64,000 bases of DNA from an uncultured Desulfobacteraceae bacterium (GTDB taxonomy: Bacteria > Desulfobacterota > DSM-4660 > Desulfatiglandales > HGW-15): positions 48,764 to 112,763 of the forward strand of contig CAZFMX010000001.1 of assembly GCA_964520425.1 (NCBI GenBank). Direction: 5' to 3'. A program made the translations under genes and the position numbers. Each line of letters opens with the position of its first letter. Position 1 is the first letter of the stretch. The notes beneath the pieces were generated by a model. The model saw only the letters and a program-made list of their open reading frames with translations, made no database searches and had not been told where the DNA came from. Positions 16,824 through 27,000 of this stretch are shown here, in pieces.

Positions 16824-16860
16824 CCCTGACATAAATAGTCCTATTCTGTTTATGTCAGGG
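16824..16860. other. perfect 12 bp stem hairpin (13 nt loop)
   Basis: CCCTGACATAAA (16824-16835) pairs perfectly with TTTATGTCAGGG (16849-16860). No flanking T-run on either strand. Confidence 0.6.
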
Positions 16861-16947
16861 AACCATATATGTAATAAATAATATGAAAGAAAATTATCCA
16901 TTGTTCGATGAAAAGGATCACAATGGGGAATCAAAAGGAGAAATATT

Positions 16948-17175
16948 ATGCACTGGGATCATGCCATGATGGGATGGGGAGGTGGCTTTGAAATGATATT
17001 CTTTTGGATTGTATTGGTGATAGTGATAATTGTACTTATTCGATTGTTTATGACAAAAACAGATGGAAGAATAGAACACAAAGATACTCCATTGGAAATA
17101 CTTAAACGTCGATATGCAAACGGAGAAATTGATAAGGCAGAATACGACGAAAAGAGAAAAGATTTACAGATTTAA
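16948..17175 (+). CDS. SHOCT-domain small membrane protein
   Basis: One TM helix (IFFWIVLVIVIIVLIRLF) followed by LEILKRRYANGEIDKAEYDEKRKDL, the typical SHOCT motif. AAAGGAG RBS. Confidence 0.8.
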   Translation: MHWDHAMMGWGGGFEMIFFWIVLVIVIIVLIRLFMTKTDGRIEHKDTPLEILKRRYANGEIDKAEYDEKRKDLQI

Positions 17176-17466
17176 GATATAATGGGTTCTTCCGGCAAAA
17201 AACAAAAAAACACGCTGTGCGCCTTTCCACAATCTCATGCGTTTTAGACATGATTCTCACGCTTTCACCGGATCAAAGCCGCGCGGTGATAAGCTATATT
17301 AATAAAAACCATCTGATTACTGACAGATACATGCTGAACTGTGATACGCTGTTCTGTGGAATGATGCTCGCCATCGCCGATGGGATGGATAAATACCTGA
17401 GAATTCAAGACAAGCTGATTAGCCGGTGAGGAATTGCTTAACTATGATTTAAGGGGAGGTTGGACA

Positions 17467-19932
17467 ATGCACAATAATGAACATTCCGGTCATCAAACCA
17501 TGGGTCATGATGAATTCACTGACCCTGTTTGCGGCATGAAGACCGACAAAGTAGGCAAGTTCCTCCAGTACGAACATGATGGAAAAAACTACTATTTTTG
17601 CAGCAGTCATTGCCTTGAAAAATTTAAAGATGATCCCCAGAAATATATCCATGCAATGCCTTCCGAAACTGTTGAATCCCGATCAAATGGGGATACAGGG
17701 AGACTTTACATCTGTCCCATGGACCCCGAAGTAGAGCAATACGGTCCCGGAACGTGCCCCAAATGCGGTATGGCGCTCGAGCCGGCAACAACTGTGCCTC
17801 CTGCTTCTCATACGGAATATGTCTGCCCCATGCATCCGGAAGTGGTTCAGGATCAGCCGGGGAATTGCCCAAAATGCGGCATGGCGCTCGAGGCTCGCGT
17901 CACTTCCCTTGATGAGGAAGAAAAAAATCCTGAATACGAGGATATGCGGAAACGATTTATCATCGGCGGCATACTCACCTTGCCGCTGGTGATAATCGCC
18001 ATGCGCGAGCTCATTCCGGGGGGCCGTATTCTTGACTCGATTGCCTCGGCCAGGATCTATGAATGGCTGGAATTAATTCTCGCGACCCCTGTGGTGCTCT
18101 GGGCCGGATGGCCCTTTTTTATCAGAGGGGTGCAATCCGTGATCAACCGGAGCCTCAACATGTTCACACTCATCGGCCTTGGGGTCTCGGTAGCCTATAT
18201 ATACAGCCTGGTGGCCGTCTTTTTCCCTGAATTATTTCCAGAGGCTATGCGATCAGCCGAGGGCAATGTCGGCGTTTATTTTGAGGCATCGGCTGTAATT
18301 GTTACTCTCATCCTGATGGGCCAGGTTTTAGAATTGCGGGCCCGGAGCCGCACTGGTGCAGCTATCAAGGCGCTTTTAGGCCTTGCCCCGAAGACGGCCA
18401 GAAAAATCAGTGAAACAGGTGAAGAGACGGATATCCCCCTCGACCAAGTCGAGGCGGGAGATAAGCTGAGAGTGCGTCCGGGTGAAAAAATCCCGGTAGA
18501 TGGTATCGTGCTGGAGGGATCGAGCAGTGTAGATGAATCCATGATCACCGGCGAACCTATCCCTGTGGAAAAAAATGCTGGCGACAGGGTAATCGGGGCC
18601 ACGGTAAACGGTACCGGCACGATTATTATGCGGGCGGAAAAGGTGGGCACTGAAACAGTTCTGTCGCAAATCGTCAGGATGGTAGCGGAAGCCCAGAGAA
18701 GTAGGGCCCCAATTCAGAAACTGGCGGATATTGTCGCCGGTTATTTTGTTCCTACCGTTATCGCCGTTGCCGTCTTATCCTTTGTGATCTGGTTTATTGT
18801 CGGTCCTGCTCCGAGGTTAGCCGCTGCTCTCATAGCGGCGGTATCGGTGCTCATTATTGCATGCCCCTGCGCTCTGGGTCTCGCCACTCCAATGTCTATA
18901 ATGGTTGCGACCGGTAAAGGTGCTACCATGGGTGTGTTGTTTAGAAACGCGGAGGCTATAGAGACCCTCCGTAAGATCGATACGCTTGTCGTCGATAAAA
19001 CCGGCACACTTACAGAAGGGAGTCCAAAATTAACAAAGGTCATTGGGGTGAATGATTTTGATGAAAACAGGGTCCTTTCCCTTGCCGCGACGCTGGAGAA
19101 GGGAAGCGAACATCCCCTAGCCGCAGCCATACTTTCGGGGGCGATGGATAGAGGTGTGACGCTCGGCGTTGCGAACGATTTTACATCTCACACCGGAATG
19201 GGTGTTTCCGGCAATGTGGACAATCATCAGGTCGCATTGGGCAATATGAAGTTGATGCAGGATTTCGGGGCGGACCCCGGCAGCATACAGGACCGGGCCG
19301 GAAATTTGCGGGACGAAGGCGAGACCGTCATGTTTGTGGCAATAGACGGAAAAGTTGCGGGCCTGGTTGGAGTGGCCGACCCTATTAAAAAAACAACGCC
19401 TGAGGCGATTAAACAACTGCATCGGGAAAATATCAGGATTGTTATGCTTACAGGTGACAGCCGGGCCACCGCTGAGGCTGTTGCCCGAAAACTCAATATC
19501 GATGAAGTCGTGGCGGAGGTCTTGCCCGATGAAAAGGCAGCGGCAGTCAAACGGTTTCAGGAGGCAGGGTACATGGTGGCTATGGCAGGAGACGGCATCA
19601 ATGATGCCCCGGCCCTTGCCCAGGCAGAGGTGGGAATCGCCATGGGAACCGGTACGGATGTGGCCATGGAAAGTGCGGGTGTCACCCTTGTTAAAGGGGA
19701 CCTCCTTGGCATTCTAAAGGCAAGGCTTCTGAGCCGGGCCACCATGCGCAATATCAAACAGAACCTCTTTTTCGCTTTTATTTACAATAGCATTGGTGTA
19801 CCGATTGCTGCCGGAGTATTGTATCCATTTTTTGGCATATTATTGAGCCCTATGATCGCCGCACTGGCCATGAGCTTCAGCTCTGTTTCGGTGGTCGGCA
19901 ATGCCTTGCGCTTACGGACCGTGAAGATCTAA
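17467..19932 (+). CDS. copA: copper/silver-translocating P1B-type ATPase with N-terminal YHS plus two HMBD-type Cys4 metal-binding modules
   Basis: CPC motif ([12 protein letters not shown]), DKTGTLT, SEHPLA, MLTGD and [10 protein letters not shown]. The N-terminus carries DPVCGMKTD...[12 protein letters not shown] (YHS) and two [18 protein letters not shown] repeats. GGGGAGG RBS precedes ATG 17467. Confidence 0.95.
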   Translation: MHNNEHSGHQTMGHDEFTDPVCGMKTDKVGKFLQYEHDGKNYYFCSSHCLEKFKDDPQKYIHAMPSETVESRSNGDTGRLYICPMDPEVEQYGPGTCPKCGMALEPATTVPPASHTEYVCPMHPEVVQDQPGNCPKCGMALEARVTSLDEEEKNPEYEDMRKRFIIGGILTLPLVIIAMRELIPGGRILDSIASARIYEWLELILATPVVLWAGWPFFIRGVQSVINRSLNMFTLIGLGVSVAYIYSLVAVFFPELFPEAMRSAEGNVGVYFEASAVIVTLILMGQVLELRARSRTGAAIKALLGLAPKTARKISETGEETDIPLDQVEAGDKLRVRPGEKIPVDGIVLEGSSSVDESMITGEPIPVEKNAGDRVIGATVNGTGTIIMRAEKVGTETVLSQIVRMVAEAQRSRAPIQKLADIVAGYFVPTVIAVAVLSFVIWFIVGPAPRLAAALIAAVSVLIIACPCALGLATPMSIMVATGKGATMGVLFRNAEAIETLRKIDTLVVDKTGTLTEGSPKLTKVIGVNDFDENRVLSLAATLEKGSEHPLAAAILSGAMDRGVTLGVANDFTSHTGMGVSGNVDNHQVALGNMKLMQDFGADPGSIQDRAGNLRDEGETVMFVAIDGKVAGLVGVADPIKKTTPEAIKQLHRENIRIVMLTGDSRATAEAVARKLNIDEVVAEVLPDEKAAAVKRFQEAGYMVAMAGDGINDAPALAQAEVGIAMGTGTDVAMESAGVTLVKGDLLGILKARLLSRATMRNIKQNLFFAFIYNSIGVPIAAGVLYPFFGILLSPMIAALAMSFSSVSVVGNALRLRTVKI

Positions 19933-20586
19933 AAGGCCGAACAAATTAGAGGGAGAAAGGAATCAAATTCTGAATACCGGCAATTCCTAAAGAAGTTTAA
20001 CAATCCTATGGAAAGCAGGCTTCCTGCCGACATATTTACTTGGGGAAATGTCATAGCATGGAATGCTAAACTGAAATATTATGTAACATGCTAAAACAAG
20101 TCGACTTTTTCGCAAGACATGTCAGGACGTCTTCCCGGTGCGCATTAATTTCGCACCTGGGATATTTTTCATAGCTGAAACTGCGCATTTCTTTTGCATC
20201 GCCTTAGCGACGCCTCCAATCTTAGCGCTAGACGGTCATGGGGGAATAGTGGAAGAAACGAGGCTATAGAGAGAAGGTGATTCTTCTTGATAACCTCTTG
20301 AAAACATGCAGTAAACACCAGCTTGAATAACCAGCTCCGGTCCCCAATAACCAAAAAAAGGAGCTTTGATGATTCAAGGAAAAGCGACTCAGGCATTGAT
20401 CTTGCGAAATGATCAGTTGAATAGTAAAAATGACGCTCTTATATTGAAAGCGTCGTGAGGAGTTCAGGGTATTATCGTTTGCGATGTCACTTGGTTTGAG
20501 AACGCTTCTTGAGAATCATGATTCAAGAGTAGAATCGAGTTGTGAAGCGACCGATACGCTTCTATTCGAAATGGGGAGGCGAAACG

Positions 20587-21969
20587 ATGACAATCATACG
20601 AAACTCATTAGTACTGATTGGTGTCTTTGTTCTTGTAACGGCTTGTGCAACGGTTCAGGAAAAGCAGGCTTTTTCGGATTGGAACAAGGAGGCTCGGAAA
20701 TGGAGTAGAACTGTCGAGGAAGATGTGGATCTACCTGAGCTGGATGAAAAAGCCTCACTTGATGACTACGTGCTCTACGCCATGCTCAACAACCCAGGAC
20801 TACGGGCAGCCTTTGACCGCTGGAAAGCGGCACTCGACAAAGTAGGTCCCGCTCAGACCCTTCCTGACCCTCGTTTTACTTATGCCAACTATGTTCGTGA
20901 AGTGGAGACCCGCGTCGGCGCTCAGGAGCAAAAATTCGGCCTAGCCCAGACCTTCCCATGGTTTGGCAAGCTGGATCTTCAGGGCGACATCGCGCTTCAG
21001 GCGGCTCATGCCGAACAGCAGCGTTATGAAGCCGCCAAATTGGGTTTGATGTACCGGGTCAAAAACATCTATTACGAATACGCGTATCTGGCAGAGGCCA
21101 TTGAGATCACAAAAAATAATCTGACCCTCCTCACTTATTTGGAAGGGGTTGCACGAACAAAATACAAGAGCGGAGAAGGACTTCAGAGCGCTGTGATTAA
21201 GGCCCAGGTGGAGTTGGGCAAATTGGAGGATCGTTTGCACTCCCTTCAGGATTTGATGAGGCCTATGGTGACAAAACTGAACATGGCACTGAACCGTCCT
21301 TCGAATATGCCTCTTCCCATGCCAAAAGGCCTGCCTCAAGAAAAACCTGCTTTCGATGATGATGCCCTGTTCGCTTTACTGCATGAGAATAATCCGAATC
21401 TCAAGGCCTTTGATTACATGACAACCAAAGAGGATCTGGCAATCCGACTTGCAGAAAAAAACCATTTCCCCGATGTGACTCTTGGTGTGGATTACATCGA
21501 TACCGCCTCCCGTACTGATGCAAATCCCGTTGACAATGGCAAGGATCCTGTCGTTGCTATGTTATCTTTCAACCTGCCCATATGGCAGCAGAAATATGAC
21601 GCCGTCACATCCGAAGCCAGAGCGCGTCGTCGAGCAGTCGTGCGTGAAAAAAAGGAAAAAGAGAATCTACTCATTGCAGACCTTGAGGTAGCCCTCTTCG
21701 GGCTACGTGACGCGGATCGAAAAATCGACCTGTATCGGGATACCCTGCTCCCAAAGGTAGAGCAAAGCTTAAAGATCACGGAACTGGCATTTACGGCAGA
21801 AAAGGCGACTTTTCTCGACCTGATTGATTCACAACGAATCCTTCTTGGATTCCAGCTTGAACACAAACGAGCCCTCGCCGATCGCGCCCAGCGAGTGGCA
21901 GAGATCGAGATGCTCACGGGTGGGAGTATGGGTCAGAAGCTTCTTGAACGAAGCAATGAGGAGAAATGA
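20587..21969 (+). CDS. cusC: TolC-family outer membrane efflux lipoprotein (CusC-like)
   Basis: Lipobox VLVTAC and two OEP-type repeats. It lies directly upstream of, and overlapping, the adaptor gene. GGGGAGG RBS precedes ATG 20587. Confidence 0.85.
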   Translation: MTIIRNSLVLIGVFVLVTACATVQEKQAFSDWNKEARKWSRTVEEDVDLPELDEKASLDDYVLYAMLNNPGLRAAFDRWKAALDKVGPAQTLPDPRFTYANYVREVETRVGAQEQKFGLAQTFPWFGKLDLQGDIALQAAHAEQQRYEAAKLGLMYRVKNIYYEYAYLAEAIEITKNNLTLLTYLEGVARTKYKSGEGLQSAVIKAQVELGKLEDRLHSLQDLMRPMVTKLNMALNRPSNMPLPMPKGLPQEKPAFDDDALFALLHENNPNLKAFDYMTTKEDLAIRLAEKNHFPDVTLGVDYIDTASRTDANPVDNGKDPVVAMLSFNLPIWQQKYDAVTSEARARRRAVVREKKEKENLLIADLEVALFGLRDADRKIDLYRDTLLPKVEQSLKITELAFTAEKATFLDLIDSQRILLGFQLEHKRALADRAQRVAEIEMLTGGSMGQKLLERSNEEK

Positions 21970-23996
21970 TCATGAAAAAAATCATAACGAGAATGATGGA
22001 AAAGAACAGAATGAGACGATTTGTCTTCCCTCTCATTCTAGTGGTTATCGCCTTTCTTTTTGGGTTTATGCTCCGGGGCGGTGGAACGGAAATAGCTATG
22101 GAGCCTGAAGTCCATGAACATGCCTCCGAAGAGACCCAAGCACAGATATGGACCTGTTCCATGCACCCGCAGATCCGCATGTCTCATCCGGGAAAATGCC
22201 CCATTTGCGGCATGGACCTTATACCGGTTGCCAGCGGTAATCATGCTGAAAAAATGGGCGATCGTGAGTTGAAACTCTCACCATTGGCCATGAAGCTGGC
22301 CGACATACAAACCGTCCCTGTAGAGCGAAAATATGTTTCAGTGTCCATCCGAATGGTGGGTAAGGTGGATTATGATGAAACCCGTGTGGGGCACATTACA
22401 GCGTGGGTGCCCGGACGGCTCGACCGCCTTTATGTGGATTATACCGGCATCTCTGTGAGAAAGGGCGACCATATGGTCTATCTATACAGCCCCGAACTCC
22501 TAACCGCCCAGGAGGAATTGATTCAGGCTATTCGGGCATTGGGCGAACTCAAGGAAAGCGGAATGAAAATCATGCGCGAGACTGCCTCGCAGACAGTTGA
22601 AGCCTCCAGAGAGAAACTCCGTTTGTGGGGACTGACCGAAAAGCAGATCACCGAGATTGAGAAGAGCGGAGAGGCTTCTGATCACATCACGATCTACTCC
22701 CCCATGGGAGGTGTAGTTATTGAAAAGCATGTGGAGGAAGGAGAGTACGTTAAAACCGGTACGCGTCTTTACACTATCGCTGACCTTTCACACTTATGGA
22801 TAAGACTGGACGCCTACGAATCAGATCTTGTATGGCTCCGGTATGGCCAAGAGGTCCAGATTGAAACTGAGGCCTATCCGGGTGAGGTATTCAAAGGGAC
22901 CATTGCATTTATTGATCCGGTCCTTGATACAAAAACCAGAACAGTAAAGGTGCGTGTCAACGTCCCCAATACCGACGGCCGGCTGAAGCCGGAGATGTTT
23001 GTCCACACCACGGTCCATGCCCGTGTGGCCGCATCCGGCAAGGTGATGGATGAAGCCTTGGCAGGCAAGTGGATCTGCCCTATGCATCCGGATATCATTA
23101 AGGATCAAGCCGGTTCCTGTGACATCTGCGGCATGCCGTTGGCGCGTACGGAATCACTGGGATATGCCTCTGTCTCAGGCGATGAGGAAGATACCGCTCC
23201 GCTCGTGATTCCCGCATCCGCCCCTCTTATCACGGGTAAGCGAGCCGTTGTGTACGTGGCTCATTCCGAGAAAGAAGGGATTTTTGAAGGACGTGAAATC
23301 GTTTTGGGTTCCAGGGCCGGAGATTATTATCTCGTCAGTGATGGTCTTGAGCAGGGTGAAAGAGTGGTCGTGAACGGCAATTTCAAGATTGATAGCGCCC
23401 TTCAAATCCTTGCAAAGCCCAGCATGATGAGTCCTGAGGGAGGCGTACCGATGACAGGCCATGCCCTTCACGGGGATATGGTGATGCCCCAGAAGGAGGC
23501 CAAGGATACTCCAAAAACCGCAAAGCAGGAGACACAAGCGCCCCTGGCATTTAGGGAACAGATCGATGGGGTTTTGATCGCCTATTTTGAGATTCAAAAG
23601 GAACTCTATCGGGATGAGGCAAAGGAGGTCAGAAAGGGGAGTAAGAGCCTGCTGAACGCCCTCAGAACAGTCGATATGGAACTATTAAGTGGGAATGCCC
23701 ATATGGCTTGGATGAAGGAACTCAAAGATCTTAACGAACAAGCTTCAGCTCTGGAGAAGACTTCGGATATCAACAAGCAACGAGAAGCCTTTTACCTGGT
23801 TTCCGAGACCCTCACATCGGTCGTCAAACAATTCGGAACCAGCGGGAAACGGGCTGTCCTGCAATTCCATTGTCCCATGGCATTCGAAGGCAGAGGAGCC
23901 GATTGGTTGCAGAACGAATCCGAAGTACAAAACCCCTATTTTGGACAGGCTATGCCCCGGTGCGGAGAAGAGATCGCGACTTTGGTGCAACCTTAG
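21966..23996 (+). CDS. cusB: efflux RND periplasmic adaptor (CusB-like) with two HMBD Cys4 modules and DUF3347-like C-terminus
   Basis: HlyD/MFP core (ITAWVPGRLDRLYVDYTG...). CSMHPQIRMSHPGKCPICGMDL and CPMHPDIIKDQAGSCDICGMPL are present. The helical C-terminal region is similar to DUF3347. ATGA overlap with the cusC stop. Confidence 0.9.
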   Translation: MIMKKIITRMMEKNRMRRFVFPLILVVIAFLFGFMLRGGGTEIAMEPEVHEHASEETQAQIWTCSMHPQIRMSHPGKCPICGMDLIPVASGNHAEKMGDRELKLSPLAMKLADIQTVPVERKYVSVSIRMVGKVDYDETRVGHITAWVPGRLDRLYVDYTGISVRKGDHMVYLYSPELLTAQEELIQAIRALGELKESGMKIMRETASQTVEASREKLRLWGLTEKQITEIEKSGEASDHITIYSPMGGVVIEKHVEEGEYVKTGTRLYTIADLSHLWIRLDAYESDLVWLRYGQEVQIETEAYPGEVFKGTIAFIDPVLDTKTRTVKVRVNVPNTDGRLKPEMFVHTTVHARVAASGKVMDEALAGKWICPMHPDIIKDQAGSCDICGMPLARTESLGYASVSGDEEDTAPLVIPASAPLITGKRAVVYVAHSEKEGIFEGREIVLGSRAGDYYLVSDGLEQGERVVVNGNFKIDSALQILAKPSMMSPEGGVPMTGHALHGDMVMPQKEAKDTPKTAKQETQAPLAFREQIDGVLIAYFEIQKELYRDEAKEVRKGSKSLLNALRTVDMELLSGNAHMAWMKELKDLNEQASALEKTSDINKQREAFYLVSETLTSVVKQFGTSGKRAVLQFHCPMAFEGRGADWLQNESEVQNPYFGQAMPRCGEEIATLVQP

Positions 23997-24028
23997 CTAC
24001 CTTCGCTTTGGCAACATAGGAGAATACC

Positions 24029-27000
24029 ATGGCAGATGATGTTCGCACAGATAAAGGAACCACACCTTCCATTCTGGACCGGGTGATACGGTTTTTTCTG
24101 GAAAATAAACTCGTCGTGATCCTGATGATACTCCTTGTTGTGACATGGGGAATCATGGTTGCGCCATTTGATTGGGACACAGGATCCCTGCCACGCGATC
24201 CGGTGCCTGTGGACGCGATCCCCGACATCGGAGAGAACCAACAGATCGTTTTTACTCAGTGGATGGGGCGTTCTCCTCAGGACGTGGAAGATCAGGTGTC
24301 CTATCCATTGACTGTGGCACTGTTGGGCGTCCCCAAGGTCAAGACCATCCGCAGTTATTCCATGTTCGGATTCTCGATCGTTTATGTCATCTTCAAGGAA
24401 GATGCTGAATTTTATTGGTCCAGATCCCGGGTGCTCGAAAAGCTGAACAGCCTGCCGCCCGAAACCCTGCCGGAAGGGGTTCAGCCCATGCTGGGGCCGG
24501 ATGCCACGGCCTTGGGCCAGATATACTGGTATACACTGGAAGGCCGTGATTCCAAAGGCCACCCAACGGGCGGGTGGGATCTGCAAGAACTCCGTTCCAT
24601 ACAGGATTGGACCGTGCGCTATGCCCTGATGGGGGCGGAGGGCGTGAGTGAAGTGGCCTCTGTGGGCGGTTTTGTGAAGGAATATCAGATTGACGTGGAC
24701 CCCGATGCCATGCGGGCCTGGAACGTGAAACTGGAGGAGGTTTTCCGTGCCGTCAAGATGTCCAATAAAGATGTCGGGGCCAGGACTATCGAGATCAACC
24801 GCGCCGAGTACATCATCCGTGGAATCGGTTTTGTGAAAAGCCTATCCGACCTGGAAAACGCCGTCATCAAAGTCAATGACAATGTGCCGGTCTACGTCAA
24901 GAACGTGGCCCATGTCAGCCTGGGACCGGCATTACGGCGGGGGGCTCTGGACAAGGAAGGCGCTGAGGTGGTTGGCGGTGTCGTTGTGGTGCGTTATGGA
25001 GAAAACCCGCTGGCCGCCATCAAGAATGTCAAAAAAAAGATTGCCGAAATCGCGCCGGGACTCCCCAAAAAGACACTTCCGGACGGGACTGTGAGTCAGG
25101 TAACCATTGTCCCTTTTTACGACCGCACTACCCTGATCAACGAGACATTGGGAACGCTCAATACCGCCTTGACAGAAGAAATCCTGGTCACCATCATTGT
25201 CATCCTGTTCATGTTAATGCATTTGAGGAGTTCCATACTTGTGGCAGGCCTGCTTCCCCTGGCCGTTCTCATGTGTTTTGTCGCCATGAAGCTTTTTGGC
25301 GTGGATGCCAACATTGTGGCCTTATCAGGTATTGCCATAGCCATCGGCACCATGGTGGACATGGGCATTGTCTTATGTGAGAATATCGTGAGGCGGCTGG
25401 AGGAGGCCGGGCCGGACCAGAGCCGCCTCGAGGTCATCTATAGCGCTTCTATTGAGGTGGGGAGCGCCGTACTCACGGCCGTGTCCACCACCGTAATCGG
25501 GTTTCTGCCGGTCTTCACCATGCAAGCGGCCGAAGGCAAGCTGTTTAAACCTCTGGCATTTACTAAGACATTCGCCCTCATTTCCTCGGTCATCGTCGCC
25601 CTGACCATCATCCCGGCTCTGGCCCATCTACTCTTTTCCAGTAGCTTCAAGGTCAAAAGACTAAGGGGCATCACCCACTGGGCTTTGATTGTGTTGGGCA
25701 TCATTGTGGCCTTTATCCTAAATGTATTTTTAGGTGTTTTACTTGCTCTTGTTGGCGCCTTTCACCTGGTTGAATCACGAGTTCCGCAGATCATCAAACG
25801 TGCTGTTCCCTATTTGCTGGTAGCCGCTGTGCTCCTGTTTTTTATCATTGTGTTGAGTGAGCACTGGCTGCCCATGGGACCGGAACAGGGCATTGTCCGT
25901 AATTTCATCTTTGTTGTTATGGTCATTGGCGGGTTGTTGCTGTCCATCCAGTTCTTTATTCGTGTGTACCGACCGATCCTGGCCTGGTGTCTGGACCACA
26001 AGACACTTTTTTCAATGATCCCCCTGGCCATTCTTCTTTTTGGAGGGATGACCTGGCTGGGCTTTGACAGTTTCTTCGGATGGCTTCCTGACGGGATTAA
26101 AAACAGCCGGATTGTGTCACCCATCGCGAATCGATTCCCCGGGTTGGGCAAGGAATTCATGCCGCCGCTGGATGAGGGGTCATTTCTCTATATGCCCACC
26201 ACCATGCCCCATGCTTCCATCGGTGAGGCCCTGGACGTATTGCAGAAACAGGACATGTCTTTCCGTGATATTCCAGAAATCGAATCCGTTGTGGGCAAAC
26301 TGGGGCGCGCTGACACACCGCTTGATCCTGCCCCCATTTCAATGATTGAAACCGTCATCAATTATAAGAGTAAGTATGTTGTCGATAAAAAAGGACGACG
26401 GGTCACGTTCAAATTCGACGAAGATCAAACAGATCTCTTCCGCGACGTCAACGGAGTGCCTCTATCCGCCCCTGACGGGGAACCCTTTTTCGTGCGGGGG
26501 TTATACCCAAGGGATAATTCAGGTCGTCTCATCCCGGACAAGGACGGCAAACCTTTTCGCTTATGGCGGCCGGTCCTGGATCCCGATCTTAAAGGCCGTT
26601 TAGAAGATGGTACTGTGTCGGATCTCAACTCCGGTCGCGAGGCGTGGAAAGGGATTCAAAGTCCGGATGACATATGGGACGGGATCGTGAAGGCTGGAGA
26701 AATTCCGGGGACCACTTCAGCACCGAGACTCCAACCCATTGCAGCGCGTATCGTGATGCTCCAGAGCGGCATGCGGGCCCCCATGGGAATCAAGGTGAAG
26801 GGTCCCAGCCTGGAGATCATTGAGAAGGTGGGTCTCCAACTGGAACGGTTTCTCAAGGAGGTCCCATCCGTGGAGCCTTCTGCTGTGATCGCGGACCGCA
26901 TCGTGGGCAAGCCCTACCTGGAGATAAAGATTGATCGTGAAGCCATCGCCCGCTACGGTATCATGCTGGAAAAGGTCCAGGATGTCATTGAAATCGCCAT

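Noticed and set aside
17357-17372. TGGAATGATGCTCGCC, with correct GG/GC spacing, 95 nt upstream of copA.
   Set aside because: Only the core dinucleotides and a few flanking bases match. GG-N10-GC occurs by chance about every 256 nt. It is kept only as a note.
17217-17429. 70 aa ORF (GTG start) between the SHOCT gene and copA.
   Set aside because: No RBS, no recognisable family, and an alternative start codon. It is more likely the copA leader or regulatory region.
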